64,000 bases of DNA from Tenericutes bacterium ADurb.Bin239 (GCA_002069815.1 MWCB01000003.1:1438-65437); one strand, 5' to 3'. Positions 18,213-27,428 are shown, counted from the stretch's first letter. The notes: a model not told the origin generated them from the sequence alone. Translations and numbers: made by a program.

Positions 18213-19695
18213 TATTTACTCCTTTAATTTGTGCATACACTAAATCTTCTTTAAATAGGAATAAGAGCCCCACATATATGATACCGCCCACTAAAAGAGA
18301 AAGTCCAATGGTGGCAAGATGCGCCATCGGGGGTAAAAAGTGTTTAATAAGCAACACAATTCCAAGACTAACACCAGCGGATACAATAATTTTTAAGTTA
18401 TTTAAATTAAAGATATGGCGCACCACATACTCTTTTACTTTAATTAGTAAAATTAATAATACAACGACTTCAGAAAGAAGTGTAACAAGCGCGACCGCGA
18501 GAAGCGGATTATCCTTGAATACAAATAAAGCGAGAATAACACTTAACGAAATATTAAAGATAAGCACAAACAACATAGTGAAAAAATAAATTTTTTCTCT
18601 TTTAAGTGGCACAAGAATTTGCTGATATATTCCTTCGTGAATACAGTAAGTCAGCATGAGAGATGATAAAAGAACAACCGCTAAAATTGCATTATCAATG
18701 GCCACTTGATCCCAATATGGACTATCTTTAACAATAAAACCAACTATTTCAGGAGACAGCCCAATCATAAATAAAACAGCGGGTGCCCCAATAAAGAAAG
18801 TAATATTATTGCTATAACTTATAACGCGGTGGAAAGAAGGCATATCATTATTTTTAAGTGCCTCAGTAGTGCGAATAACAAAAATGCCACTTAACGATGT
18901 GATGATTGTAATAACAATTTCAATACCGCGGATACCAACAGAGTAAGCTCCTGATGTACGGAACGAATCATCCAAGTAACCAAGTAAGAGTGAATCATTT
19001 TGATTATAGGCAGTAATTAAGAAAGTAATACCAAACACAAAGAGAAGTGATTTAGTTAGATGCCGCAAATCAACCTTCCGCCTAAAAGAAAGATTTATAC
19101 CTTCGCGTTTTAGAAGCAAAGTATTTAATGTAACTGTTACAAATGTAGCAATTAAATTAATAAAAGCATAAATGAATAAGTCATGGTCATTTTGTACAAA
19201 AATGATAATGAGAAGGGTGCCTAATATAGTAGTTGCAAGCGCGCGAACCGACATATAAAAAACGCGATCAAGAGCAATATACACCCATTCAAACGAAAAA
19301 ACCCCAATTAGGAAATTAAGTGATAAAAGGAAAATTAATTGCCACGTATCACCTTTAAACATTGTGTCTTTGCCCACAAACATTATGATAAATAGGAGAA
19401 CAAAAGATAGAGCAGTGGTAATTAATTGAAGAACAAAGAAAGATTGAACTTTTTCACTAAGTTTTTCTTTATCATCTTTCACCTTGGCGCACTCTCTAAT
19501 GGCAATAACAGGAATCCCGAGTCTAGAGATTATTAAAAAATAATAAACGAACGTATTGGCCCAATTATAAACACCCATTGCGGCAGTCCCGAGAGCTTGC
19601 GACGCAAAAGGAAAGGAGATAAAAGAAAGAAGCGCAATCGTGACATTACGAATTAGGGTAAAAACAACGGGGGCTTTCATCTCTTGTCGTTGCAT
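18199..19695 (-). CDS. wzx: Wzx-type polysaccharide flippase (MOP superfamily)
   Basis: 498 aa with 12-14 TM segments, in a glycan locus. Overlaps the downstream ATP-grasp gene by 14 nt. Confidence 0.65.
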   Translation of the reverse strand: MQRQEMKAPVVFTLIRNVTIALLSFISFPFASQALGTAAMGVYNWANTFVYYFLIISRLGIPVIAIRECAKVKDDKEKLSEKVQSFFVLQLITTALSFVLLFIIMFVGKDTMFKGDTWQLIFLLSLNFLIGVFSFEWVYIALDRVFYMSVRALATTILGTLLIIIFVQNDHDLFIYAFINLIATFVTVTLNTLLLKREGINLSFRRKVDLRHLTKSLLFVFGITFLITAYNQNDSLLLGYLDDSFRTSGAYSVGIRGIEIVITIITSLSGIFVIRTTEALKNNDMPSFHRVISYSNNITFFIGAPAVLFMIGLSPEIVGFIVKDSPYWDQVAIDNAILAVVLLSSLMLTYCIHEGIYQQILVPLKREKIYFFTMLFVLIFNISLSVILALFVFKDNPLLAVALVTLLSEVVVLLILLIKVKEYVVRHIFNLNNLKIIVSAGVSLGIVLLIKHFLPPMAHLATIGLSLLVGGIIYVGLLFLFKEDLVYAQIKGVNNGES

Positions 19696-19737
19696 AAGTA
19701 AATTATATGATATTTTTAATGATTAAGGGCAGATTTA

Positions 19738-20838
19738 CTAGATTTTATTAATTAAATTCTGAATTTTATTAATAAGCGATTTATTATCAAGTGCTTTTAT
19801 TAAATCATTTTTCGCCTCGGTTGCGCGTTGTTTCCAATAGTTATAATTCTTATCGATTGCCCTAAGAGCTTCCGCAATTGTTTTAGGTTCAGCATCTTTA
19901 ATCCAATAAACGTTATCGCCGACAAGATTACGTATTTCTTTGTTCTCAGTAGAAATAGTGATGGTCCCACTATTAACATAATCAATTACTTTACTAGGAA
20001 CTGAATATAGGTCAATTTGCTCATCAATAGGACGGGGATTAATATTAACATATGCTCTTTGCGCTAAGCGGAAAGCAACTGGCGGACATATTTGTCCAAG
20101 AAACTCAATATTAGGGTGAGGATTATTAAGTAAGTCTTCTGTGAGAGGTCCGTGTCCCGCTATTACTAATTTGAAAGGAACAGCAAACTCCCGAAATGTT
20201 TTAATCAAATTGTCAACACCGTATTTTGGGTACAATGCTCCGGCAAAAAAGGCATATTTTTCCTTTTCGCCTGTATATTTATCAATTGAATCAATAAATC
20301 CAGGTACAATAATGGCTGGCTTTTGGCTAGGATTGAAAAGTCTTAATAGTCCGGTTGTTAAACCAATAAAAGCATCGCATACAGTGCTTTTTTTAAAGAC
20401 GTCTTGGCTATAGTGTTTACTTGCGCCAGTAATGTTAATAGGGTTATCAGTTACAATTCCGATAACTTTAACGGCAAATCGTTTTTTTAACTTTCTTGCT
20501 AAATCAAGAAGTGTCACATTCAAGGTATCAACAAATATTACCGTTGGTGTACGCTCTTGATAATATTGTAAACCGCCTGCAATTATCCCAAGACGCTTAA
20601 GGATTGGGGTATTGATATACCCTGGATAATAGTAATAATCAGTCTTGCTCTGCATTATAAAAAAGTTTTTCTCCATAGAACGAGTACTAAAAGCACCAAG
20701 GGGATATGTCTTTCTCAAAATATTAATTAATTTATTGTGAAAATTTTGATTGCTTGGATTAGGTGCTTTTTTATATTTTTTTAGTAACGCTTCGTAATCG
20801 TGCGGATGCCGAGCAGTAGTTAAATACATTATTCGCAT
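19738..20838 (-). CDS. GT4-family (GT-B) glycosyltransferase
   Basis: C-terminal half FFAGALYPKYGVDNLI...LVIAGHGPL...PSKVIDYVNSG is typical of the GT-B retaining family. Confidence 0.7.
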   Translation of the reverse strand: MRIMYLTTARHPHDYEALLKKYKKAPNPSNQNFHNKLINILRKTYPLGAFSTRSMEKNFFIMQSKTDYYYYPGYINTPILKRLGIIAGGLQYYQERTPTVIFVDTLNVTLLDLARKLKKRFAVKVIGIVTDNPINITGASKHYSQDVFKKSTVCDAFIGLTTGLLRLFNPSQKPAIIVPGFIDSIDKYTGEKEKYAFFAGALYPKYGVDNLIKTFREFAVPFKLVIAGHGPLTEDLLNNPHPNIEFLGQICPPVAFRLAQRAYVNINPRPIDEQIDLYSVPSKVIDYVNSGTITISTENKEIRNLVGDNVYWIKDAEPKTIAEALRAIDKNYNYWKQRATEAKNDLIKALDNKSLINKIQNLINKI

Positions 20839-21917
20839 AATTTTTTCAATATCCTTAGATGCACGCGCACTGACTCTTCAATTGTATTTTCATGAGCAGT
20901 TTTTATGGCTTCATTAAAATAATCGGTAGCAAGAAGAAGTAAGATTCTGCTTACAAGGTCATCTCCTGGAAAAGCAATGAGGCCATTTTGACCATCACGA
21001 ATTAGACTATGGGCCGCAACCATATTGGTATTAGTTAAAACGTTAAGGCCGTGCGCAAGCGCTTCATTAATAACATGTCCGTAGATATCATAATTACTAA
21101 TATAGACCGCGTTATCAGCGTGAGTTAAATATTCAAACACTCTGTGTTTAGTGGCGAATGGAAGAAGGTGTACGTTTGTTATTTTTTCTTTTTCAATCAT
21201 CGCGCGATACATCGGTTCTTCATAACCTTCACCCACTAAAATAAGCGCATAATCTTTTGGTATCTTAGTCCAAGCTTTAATTAATGATGCGTTATTTTTG
21301 CGTTTAATATAACTAGTTATACAAATTGTAAAGTTAGTAGCTTCAATTCCTTTTTCTTTCCAATACAAAACTTTTGTTGCTGCCGGCGTTTTAACTTCTA
21401 ACACATCTTTTTCATAAACAGTGGAATAAGGATAGTTATATATTTTATCTTTGGGAGCTCCATAATGAATCAAATATTCATTAGCTTTTTTAGCAGGACT
21501 AAAATATGCCATAGCACCACTTATGAAATAAGTTTTAATACGTTTGATGAGTTTACATTCTTTCGCTTTTGGAAAGCCACCATTAATATAGAAGACATAT
21601 GGGATTTTCTTACGTTTTAAATAACGAAGCGCAAGCATTTCAGTGAAGGTTGAGTAACCGTTTATAATAATTAAATCGTATTTATGTTTTTGTAAGTTAC
21701 GTACTACACCCCAAGAAAGATGATTTTCATTACCAAGCGAAATACCTTTAATCTTATGAAGAGTAAACTTATAATTTGATTCATTGTAAAAGTTTTGATT
21801 TCTATTACTGGCTGAAATGCGTTCAAAAATGACATGAACATCATGTTTTTCCGCTAAACCATTAAATAGCGCAACTTTATATGGAGCGGGATGATTAAAT
21901 ACAATAAGAATTTTCAT
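20829..21917 (-). CDS. GT4-family (GT-B) glycosyltransferase
   Basis: LILVGEGYEE...YISNYDIYGHVINEALAHGLNVLT (E-x7-E-like region). Confidence 0.7.
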   Translation of the reverse strand: MKILIVFNHPAPYKVALFNGLAEKHDVHVIFERISASNRNQNFYNESNYKFTLHKIKGISLGNENHLSWGVVRNLQKHKYDLIIINGYSTFTEMLALRYLKRKKIPYVFYINGGFPKAKECKLIKRIKTYFISGAMAYFSPAKKANEYLIHYGAPKDKIYNYPYSTVYEKDVLEVKTPAATKVLYWKEKGIEATNFTICITSYIKRKNNASLIKAWTKIPKDYALILVGEGYEEPMYRAMIEKEKITNVHLLPFATKHRVFEYLTHADNAVYISNYDIYGHVINEALAHGLNVLTNTNMVAAHSLIRDGQNGLIAFPGDDLVSRILLLLATDYFNEAIKTAHENTIEESVRVHLRILKKLCE

Positions 21918-21982
21918 ATGTATAAATTATACAATAAGTTGAGGAAAGAAGCATTGCAAAGCAATGATGCTATAATTTATTT

Positions 21983-22654
21983 ATGAATGAAATACGTACT
22001 TGGGCAGAATTTTGGGAAAAAGAGAAAGATTCTCTTTATTTACAGAGTTTAAAGACCTTTATTAATGCACAAGATCCTAGAAAAACATATCCGCCGCGGG
22101 ACAAAATTTTTAATGCATTTAAATTAACCCCGCTTGAAGAAGTAAAAGTAGTTATCATCGGTCAAGATCCTTATCATCAACCAGGACAAGCGATGGGATT
22201 AGCGTTTAGTGTTCCCTCCACTATGACATTACCGCCAAGTTTACGAAATATCTTTATTGAAATGGCAAGTGATATTGGTGGTCCAGTACGCACCGACGGA
22301 GATTTAACTTATCTTGCTAAACAAGGCGTTTTCCTAATTAATACCATCCTTACTGTTGAAAGAGGGCGACCTCTCTCCCATAACATTGATGAATATAAAA
22401 CACTAATTTACAAGGTAATTGAAACCCTAAATAATCAACCGCAACCGATTGTTTTCATATTATGAGGAAGTTATGCTAGGTCATTTAAAAAATATATTAA
22501 TGGTCCCAATAAATATATTATTGAATCAAATCATCCTTCACCATTAGCCGCAAATAGAGGTGGTTTCTTTGGGACGCGCCCTTTCTCAAAAGCGAACAAT
22601 TTTCTTGCAAAACACGGCTCAAATATAATTAATTGGCAAGAAAACGTAAAATAA
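21983..22654 (+). pseudogene. ung: Uracil-DNA glycosylase interrupted by one in-frame TGA (22463-22465) at the conserved Trp codon
   Basis: The 5' ORF has GQDPYH and ends ...IVFIL*. The same frame then continues GSYARSFKK...[14 protein letters not shown]...INW to TAA 22652-22654. The total of 223 codons equals the normal UNG length. Confidence 0.8.
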
Positions 22655-22685
22655 ATAGTTAAAACTTTGTTATTTGATATAATGA

Positions 22686-22772
22686 ACTCACGGGAGCTAG
22701 GTGTGCCTGGCTGAGAGGAACAATGAACGTTCGACCGCACCTGATACAGATAATGCTGGCGTAGGGATGTAA
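22686..22772 (+). promoter_or_regulatory. TPP (THI-box) riboswitch aptamer
   Basis: CGGGAGC...GCTGAGAGG...ACCTGATACAGATAATGCTGGCGTAGGGA are hallmark conserved THI-box blocks. Located upstream of a thiT-like gene. Confidence 0.88.
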
Positions 22773-22777
22773 TATAA

Positions 22778-22808
22778 GAGTCTTCACGTCAGCGTGGAGA
22801 CTTTTTTA
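22778..22808 (+). terminator. Intrinsic terminator, expression platform of the TPP riboswitch
   Basis: GAGTCTTCACG-tcag-CGTGGAGACTT followed by TTTTTT, ending 16 nt before the thiT start. Confidence 0.75.
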
Positions 22809-22824
22809 TTTAAGGAGAAAGAAC

Positions 22825-23445
22825 ATGGAAAAAGAAATAAAGAAAAAAAGAAAGATAAAACCAAATCGCTTTTTCGGCCGTATTTTAACAGTTCGGGGAA
22901 TAACCGAGATGGCTATTTTTATTTCATTAGCCCTTATTTTTGACTTAGAATTTTTAAAATTTAGAATTGGGGAAGCACAATCATTTAGTATAACGATGTT
23001 ACCATTAATAATTATTGCGTTACGCTTTCCGTTGGTAGATGCATTTTTAGGTATTGGCGGAGTTTACGGTGTTATAACGATGTTTTGGGATGGATACGGA
23101 CCAATTAACTACCCATTAGATTATTTATTAGGATATGGATTTCTCGCAATCATATCTTTATTCCAAACATTAGTGTATAGAAAATATAAACATGAAATCA
23201 TTAATTATTTGTATTTAGCCTTAGCGATTGTTGCGGGAGTAAGTGGGCGCATTTTATTCTCGACTATTAATGGAGTATTAGTGTGGGAGACGACATTTAT
23301 TGGTTCTTTTATATATAACGGAGTACCAATTTCAGTTTCAGGTTTAATGTGCGGTATTCTTTCAATAATGCTTTTCCCAACACTTCTAAGATTTAAACCA
23401 CAAACATTTATACAAATAGACAAAGAAGAAATCATCGAACAATAA
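22825..23445 (+). CDS. thiT: Thiamine transporter, ECF S-component ThiT-like
   Basis: 206 aa with about 6 TM segments, directly controlled by the TPP riboswitch. SD AAGGAG. Confidence 0.7.
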   Translation: MEKEIKKKRKIKPNRFFGRILTVRGITEMAIFISLALIFDLEFLKFRIGEAQSFSITMLPLIIIALRFPLVDAFLGIGGVYGVITMFWDGYGPINYPLDYLLGYGFLAIISLFQTLVYRKYKHEIINYLYLALAIVAGVSGRILFSTINGVLVWETTFIGSFIYNGVPISVSGLMCGILSIMLFPTLLRFKPQTFIQIDKEEIIEQ

Positions 23446-23481
23446 CCTTTAGTATGTTATACTAAAAGGGGGAAGAAAGTT

Positions 23482-24123
23482 ATGATGATTTTAAATTATA
23501 CAAATAAGACAAATCAAGAACTTGAACGATTAATAAAAGCAAACGATCCCGCAGCAATGCATGAGCTTGCCCGTCGTTTAGTGCAAGGCGAAGGAATTGC
23601 TGAAGATAATAAACGCGGAATTGAACTAGCTCGTCGTTCGGAAGCCTTAGGCTATCCACCAGCGGACACAGTTATAGGTTATTGCTATTTCTATGGTAAA
23701 GGCGTTGAAGAAGATAAACAAAAAGGATTCGCTTACTTCCATAGCGGAGCAGTTAAAGGTCATGATGCAGCCCAATATAATATGGGTATTGCTTATGAAA
23801 GAGGAACGGTTATTCCACAGGATTATGAATTAGCGCTTGAGTGGTATCAAAGAGCTGCTGATCAAAAGTTTGCAAAAGCCTTCTACAAATTGGGCTATTT
23901 CCATGAACACGGAATGGGGGTAACTAAAGATGTGACCAAAGCCTTCACTTTTTATGAAAAGTCGGCAAATCTTGGCTATGTTAAGGCAGAAGTCGAAGTC
24001 GGAAAGGCACATTTATCGGGTCGCGGTCTATTGCGCGACTTGTCCAAAGCTCGGGAATATTTAGAGCGGGCCGCCGCGAAAGGAAATCGTGTTGCGACAC
24101 GCTTATTACGTGATATAGAATAG
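23482..24123 (+). CDS. Sel1-like repeat (SLR/TPR-type) protein
   Basis: About 5 tandem 36-aa repeats of the form A.Y.LG..Y..G.GV..D..KA..WY.KAA..G. No signal peptide. Confidence 0.75.
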   Translation: MMILNYTNKTNQELERLIKANDPAAMHELARRLVQGEGIAEDNKRGIELARRSEALGYPPADTVIGYCYFYGKGVEEDKQKGFAYFHSGAVKGHDAAQYNMGIAYERGTVIPQDYELALEWYQRAADQKFAKAFYKLGYFHEHGMGVTKDVTKAFTFYEKSANLGYVKAEVEVGKAHLSGRGLLRDLSKAREYLERAAAKGNRVATRLLRDIE

Positions 24124-24131
24124 AGGTTTAT

Positions 24132-25118
24132 ATGAACAAAAAAGAGAAACAAGTGGAGTTAGTCGAAGAGACTCCCGAAGAAACTCAAACTCCACAACCA
24201 TTTGTTAACGAAGAAATTAGTGAAGACACCGAAAAAGAAAAAAAAGAATTACCAGAATTAGAAGCAATGCGGACAACATTTTCTAAAATGTATCGCAAAT
24301 TTCGAACTATTAGTTATATTTCAACTGCAGTTGTTATTATTGTCATTATTGTTTCTTATCTGTGGTTATTTCCTATTAATCAGTGGGCGGGTCTTGTTCC
24401 AATCATTTTAATCTTAATTGCTTCGTTAGTGTATTCGCGTTTTACTCGTAATAAACTCACGGAAAACGTCCGTAAATATATGGCAGATTATAACAGCTAT
24501 GTAAGTAATTTTGCGCTCAGCGAGACTGAAGTTACTAATTATGTCTTTGATTTTGCTGCCAGCATGGAAAAAGAAGTATTTACGGATGCTCGTTTGTTAA
24601 AAGATATTATTAACACGAATTCTCGTAACTTAGTTACGTATGATTTAGGTCGCTGGCATGTTGAAATTGCTGATTATGTTGCCTATCGTCGTGATGGTAA
24701 ACAAGCTAAGGCTGTTTTCTTAGGAAAACTAGTAGCAGGAACCACCACTGAAGCAATTGATGGTCGTGTTGTAATCTACATTAAACCACGCGAAGAGAGT
24801 TATCAAGGTAGCAGTGGACCAGATGATGTTGAAGATTTAGAATTATTAGTCGATACTGCTGAATACAAATTATATGCATCAAATAAAGAACTTAAGAAAG
24901 CTGTATCAACAAAAGCACTTAACGCGCTCTTAAAAGTGCGCCCTGATAAAGAACTCGCGGATGTCAGCGTTTCCTTATATCAAAACAAATTTGCAGTGGC
25001 ACTTACTTACAGTGATGCCCTAATGGTTGTTCCTTATAAAGAAGAAGTTCCAGTACACGCTATCAAGAAATATCAAGAACATTTAACAAACCTTAATAAA
25101 TTTATCGCTTTACTTTAG
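24132..25118 (+). CDS. Hypothetical membrane protein (acidic N-terminus, 2 TM, C-terminal globular domain)
   Basis: Starts 8 nt after the Sel1 gene. TM hairpin ISYISTAVVIIVIIVSYLWLF / AGLVPIILILIASLVY. Confidence 0.5.
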   Translation: MNKKEKQVELVEETPEETQTPQPFVNEEISEDTEKEKKELPELEAMRTTFSKMYRKFRTISYISTAVVIIVIIVSYLWLFPINQWAGLVPIILILIASLVYSRFTRNKLTENVRKYMADYNSYVSNFALSETEVTNYVFDFAASMEKEVFTDARLLKDIINTNSRNLVTYDLGRWHVEIADYVAYRRDGKQAKAVFLGKLVAGTTTEAIDGRVVIYIKPREESYQGSSGPDDVEDLELLVDTAEYKLYASNKELKKAVSTKALNALLKVRPDKELADVSVSLYQNKFAVALTYSDALMVVPYKEEVPVHAIKKYQEHLTNLNKFIALL

Positions 25119-25174
25119 TAAAAACTCGCTTTTTTATGTTAAAATCTAACTAACAATCGAGAGTTGAGTTTTTT

Positions 25175-25708
25175 ATGAGTATTAACGGAAAGTGGATTAA
25201 GATCCAAAGCTATAAACACGATGGTCGTTTACACCGTTTTTGGCGTAAGTCATATGTTTTAGACGATAATGAAAATTGGTTAGTAGTGGCATCACGTCGC
25301 ACTCAAGTTATTGAAGGTAACGGTCGTAAATGGTTCACCAAAGAACCAGCGGTTACTTTTTTTAATAAAAAAGACTGGTTTAATGTTATTGCCATGTTAA
25401 AAAAAGAAGGAATTGTTTATTACACAAACATTGCATCGCCAACACTTATAGATTATGGTATGGCAAAATACATTGATTACGATCTAGATGTAAAGAAGTT
25501 CGCTGATGGTACGATTAAAAATCTCGATAAAAACGAATTTCTTCGCAACATTGAAAACTATCAATATTCAAATGAATTATCGACGATTGTAGAATATAAA
25601 CAAACACAAGTCGTGGATATGATGAATAATAAGATGTTTCCATTTTGTGATGAAGAAGTAAAAAAACTTTATAACCGCTTCATTGAAGAAACAAAGGTTA
25701 AACAATAG
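25175..25708 (+). CDS. DUF402 nucleoside tri/diphosphatase (YgaC/Ntdp-like)
   Basis: IKIQSYKHDGRLHRFW...WFNVIAMLKKEGIVYYTNIASP...YIDYDLDVK is collinear with my recollection of B. subtilis YgaC. Confidence 0.75.
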   Translation: MSINGKWIKIQSYKHDGRLHRFWRKSYVLDDNENWLVVASRRTQVIEGNGRKWFTKEPAVTFFNKKDWFNVIAMLKKEGIVYYTNIASPTLIDYGMAKYIDYDLDVKKFADGTIKNLDKNEFLRNIENYQYSNELSTIVEYKQTQVVDMMNNKMFPFCDEEVKKLYNRFIEETKVKQ

Positions 25709-25922
25709 TTTTAGTAATTATTTCTTGTTAAAGTGTTTAATGTTAGAAAACATAAATTATTACTAAATAATTGTATTTTTAGAAACAATATCTTTAGAAG
25801 ACTCCCATTGCCTAGCGCAATATCTATTCTTTACTTGTTAATTTAACTTATTTATTTTCTTGTATTGGCTTGATTAAGCATTAATCAAAAATTCAACTAA
25901 ACATGGTATAATTTTGGCGTCT

Positions 25923-26384
25923 ATGAAACACGAATTTAAAAGTATTAGTGCCGATCAAACAATTGAGTTTGGTAAAAGATTAGCGGCACTACTAAAGTTG
26001 GGTGATATTGTTCTTCTTACTGGTGACTTAGGAGCAGGTAAAACAACAATTACCAAAGGAATAGCAAAAGGGTTAAATATTACTGAGAAAGTAAATAGCC
26101 CAACTTTTAATATTCTTAAAATCTACTTAAAAGGAGATAAACCTCTTTTTCATATTGATGCCTATCGCTTAGAAGATGATAAAAGAGATATTGGTTTAGA
26201 TGAATATATTGGCGAAGCTGGAATTACGGTTATTGAGTGGCCAATGTATATTAAACATCTCGTGCCTAGCGAAGCATTAGAAATAAAAATCACGCATTGC
26301 GATTTAACAAGTCGTAATATTGTTATAAGTGGAAGCGGCCACTACACTAAAGTAGTAAGTGTTATAGCGAAGGAGTTTAAATGA
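25923..26384 (+). CDS. tsaE: tRNA t6A37 biosynthesis ATPase TsaE
   Basis: LTGDLGAGKTT P-loop, NSPTFNI, HIDAYRL. ATG 25923 preferred over TTG 25914. Stop TGA overlaps the tsaB ATG. Confidence 0.85.
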   Translation: MKHEFKSISADQTIEFGKRLAALLKLGDIVLLTGDLGAGKTTITKGIAKGLNITEKVNSPTFNILKIYLKGDKPLFHIDAYRLEDDKRDIGLDEYIGEAGITVIEWPMYIKHLVPSEALEIKITHCDLTSRNIVISGSGHYTKVVSVIAKEFK

Positions 26385-26962
26385 TTACATTATTACTTGA
26401 TAGTTCAAGTCATCATTTAAGTGTTGCTCTTGTTAAAGGGGACAAAATTTTATCATTCATTGATGAAAAAGCTTTTCAAACACAAAGCGAGCTTATGGTT
26501 CAAAGAATTTATGAATTACTTGTCAGAGAAAAAGTTACACCCGCTGATGTTAAACGCCTCATTGTTGCTTATGGACCAGGTTCTTTCACTGGTGTACGAA
26601 TTGCAGTGACAATCGCAAAGGTGTGGGCATATGCAGAAGATATTGAACTTTACGCGGTATCAAGTTTAAGTGTTTATCGTCATGAGACAAAACCAACTAT
26701 CTGTGTGCTTGACGCACGGAGAGACCGCTCTTTTGTGGGAGTATATGAACAAAATAACATCATTTTGCCGGATAAAATACTACAAAACAGTGAATTATTA
26801 GAGTTAGCAGAAAGGGAAGGTTATTTAATTTCAGGTGAAACTAAACACTTGGGGATTGAGCCTTCTAAATATAACCGTTTTGAAAATATGCTTAAGAGCG
26901 CAACAATAGAAAATAGAGTAAAGGACATAGCGGCATTTAAGCCCGTTTACTTAAAAGGATAA
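26381..26962 (+). CDS. tsaB: tRNA t6A37 biosynthesis protein TsaB
   Basis: YeaZ-like N-terminal half (GPGSFTGVRIAVT). Operon position. Confidence 0.8.
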   Translation: MITLLLDSSSHHLSVALVKGDKILSFIDEKAFQTQSELMVQRIYELLVREKVTPADVKRLIVAYGPGSFTGVRIAVTIAKVWAYAEDIELYAVSSLSVYRHETKPTICVLDARRDRSFVGVYEQNNIILPDKILQNSELLELAEREGYLISGETKHLGIEPSKYNRFENMLKSATIENRVKDIAAFKPVYLKG

Positions 26963-26966
26963 AAAC

Positions 26967-27428
26967 GTGGAAACGAAAGAGAAGAAACTAATTATCCGGC
27001 CCATGACCGAAGCAGACATTGATGCTGTTGATGATTTAGCTTGTCGTGCTCTCCCAGATCCATGGCCTAAATATACTTACGTTCAAGAATTGAAAAATGA
27101 GTTTGCATTCTTATTTGTTCTAACATATGCCGATGTGATTCTTGGCTTTTCTCATTTTTGGATAACATTCGACAGCGCGACGATTGTTAAATTTGCTATT
27201 CATCCTGCTGCACAAGGCAAAGGATTAGGCAGTTTACTTATGGCTCATCTTATTGAAAGAGTCTCGCTTCTTGAAGAAGTTAAAGCTATTACCCTTGAAG
27301 TGCGAACAAGTAATGATAAAGCAATGCATCTATATCTTAAACATGGATTTAATGTTATGACAAAGAAACGCAAATATTATGAAGATGGCGAAGATGCTTA
27401 TTATATGGTAAAGGTACTTAAAGAATGA
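26967..27428 (+). CDS. rimI: Ribosomal-protein-alanine N-acetyltransferase (GNAT)
   Basis: GNAT motif A QGKGLGSLL. Located between tsaB and tsaD as in many Firmicutes. GTG start. Confidence 0.75.
   Translation: METKEKKLIIRPMTEADIDAVDDLACRALPDPWPKYTYVQELKNEFAFLFVLTYADVILGFSHFWITFDSATIVKFAIHPAAQGKGLGSLLMAHLIERVSLLEEVKAITLEVRTSNDKAMHLYLKHGFNVMTKKRKYYEDGEDAYYMVKVLKE

Noticed and set aside
22531-22740. 69-aa minus-strand ORF
   Set aside because: It overlaps the conserved 3' part of ung on the opposite strand and the TPP riboswitch aptamer. It has no SD and the region is explained by those features.
23446-23481. Hairpin CCTTTAGTAT-gtt-ATACTAAAAGG between thiT and the Sel1 gene as a terminator
   Set aside because: The stem is imperfect and has no following T-run, and it runs directly into the SD (GGGGGAAG) of the next gene. 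This is too weak to call.
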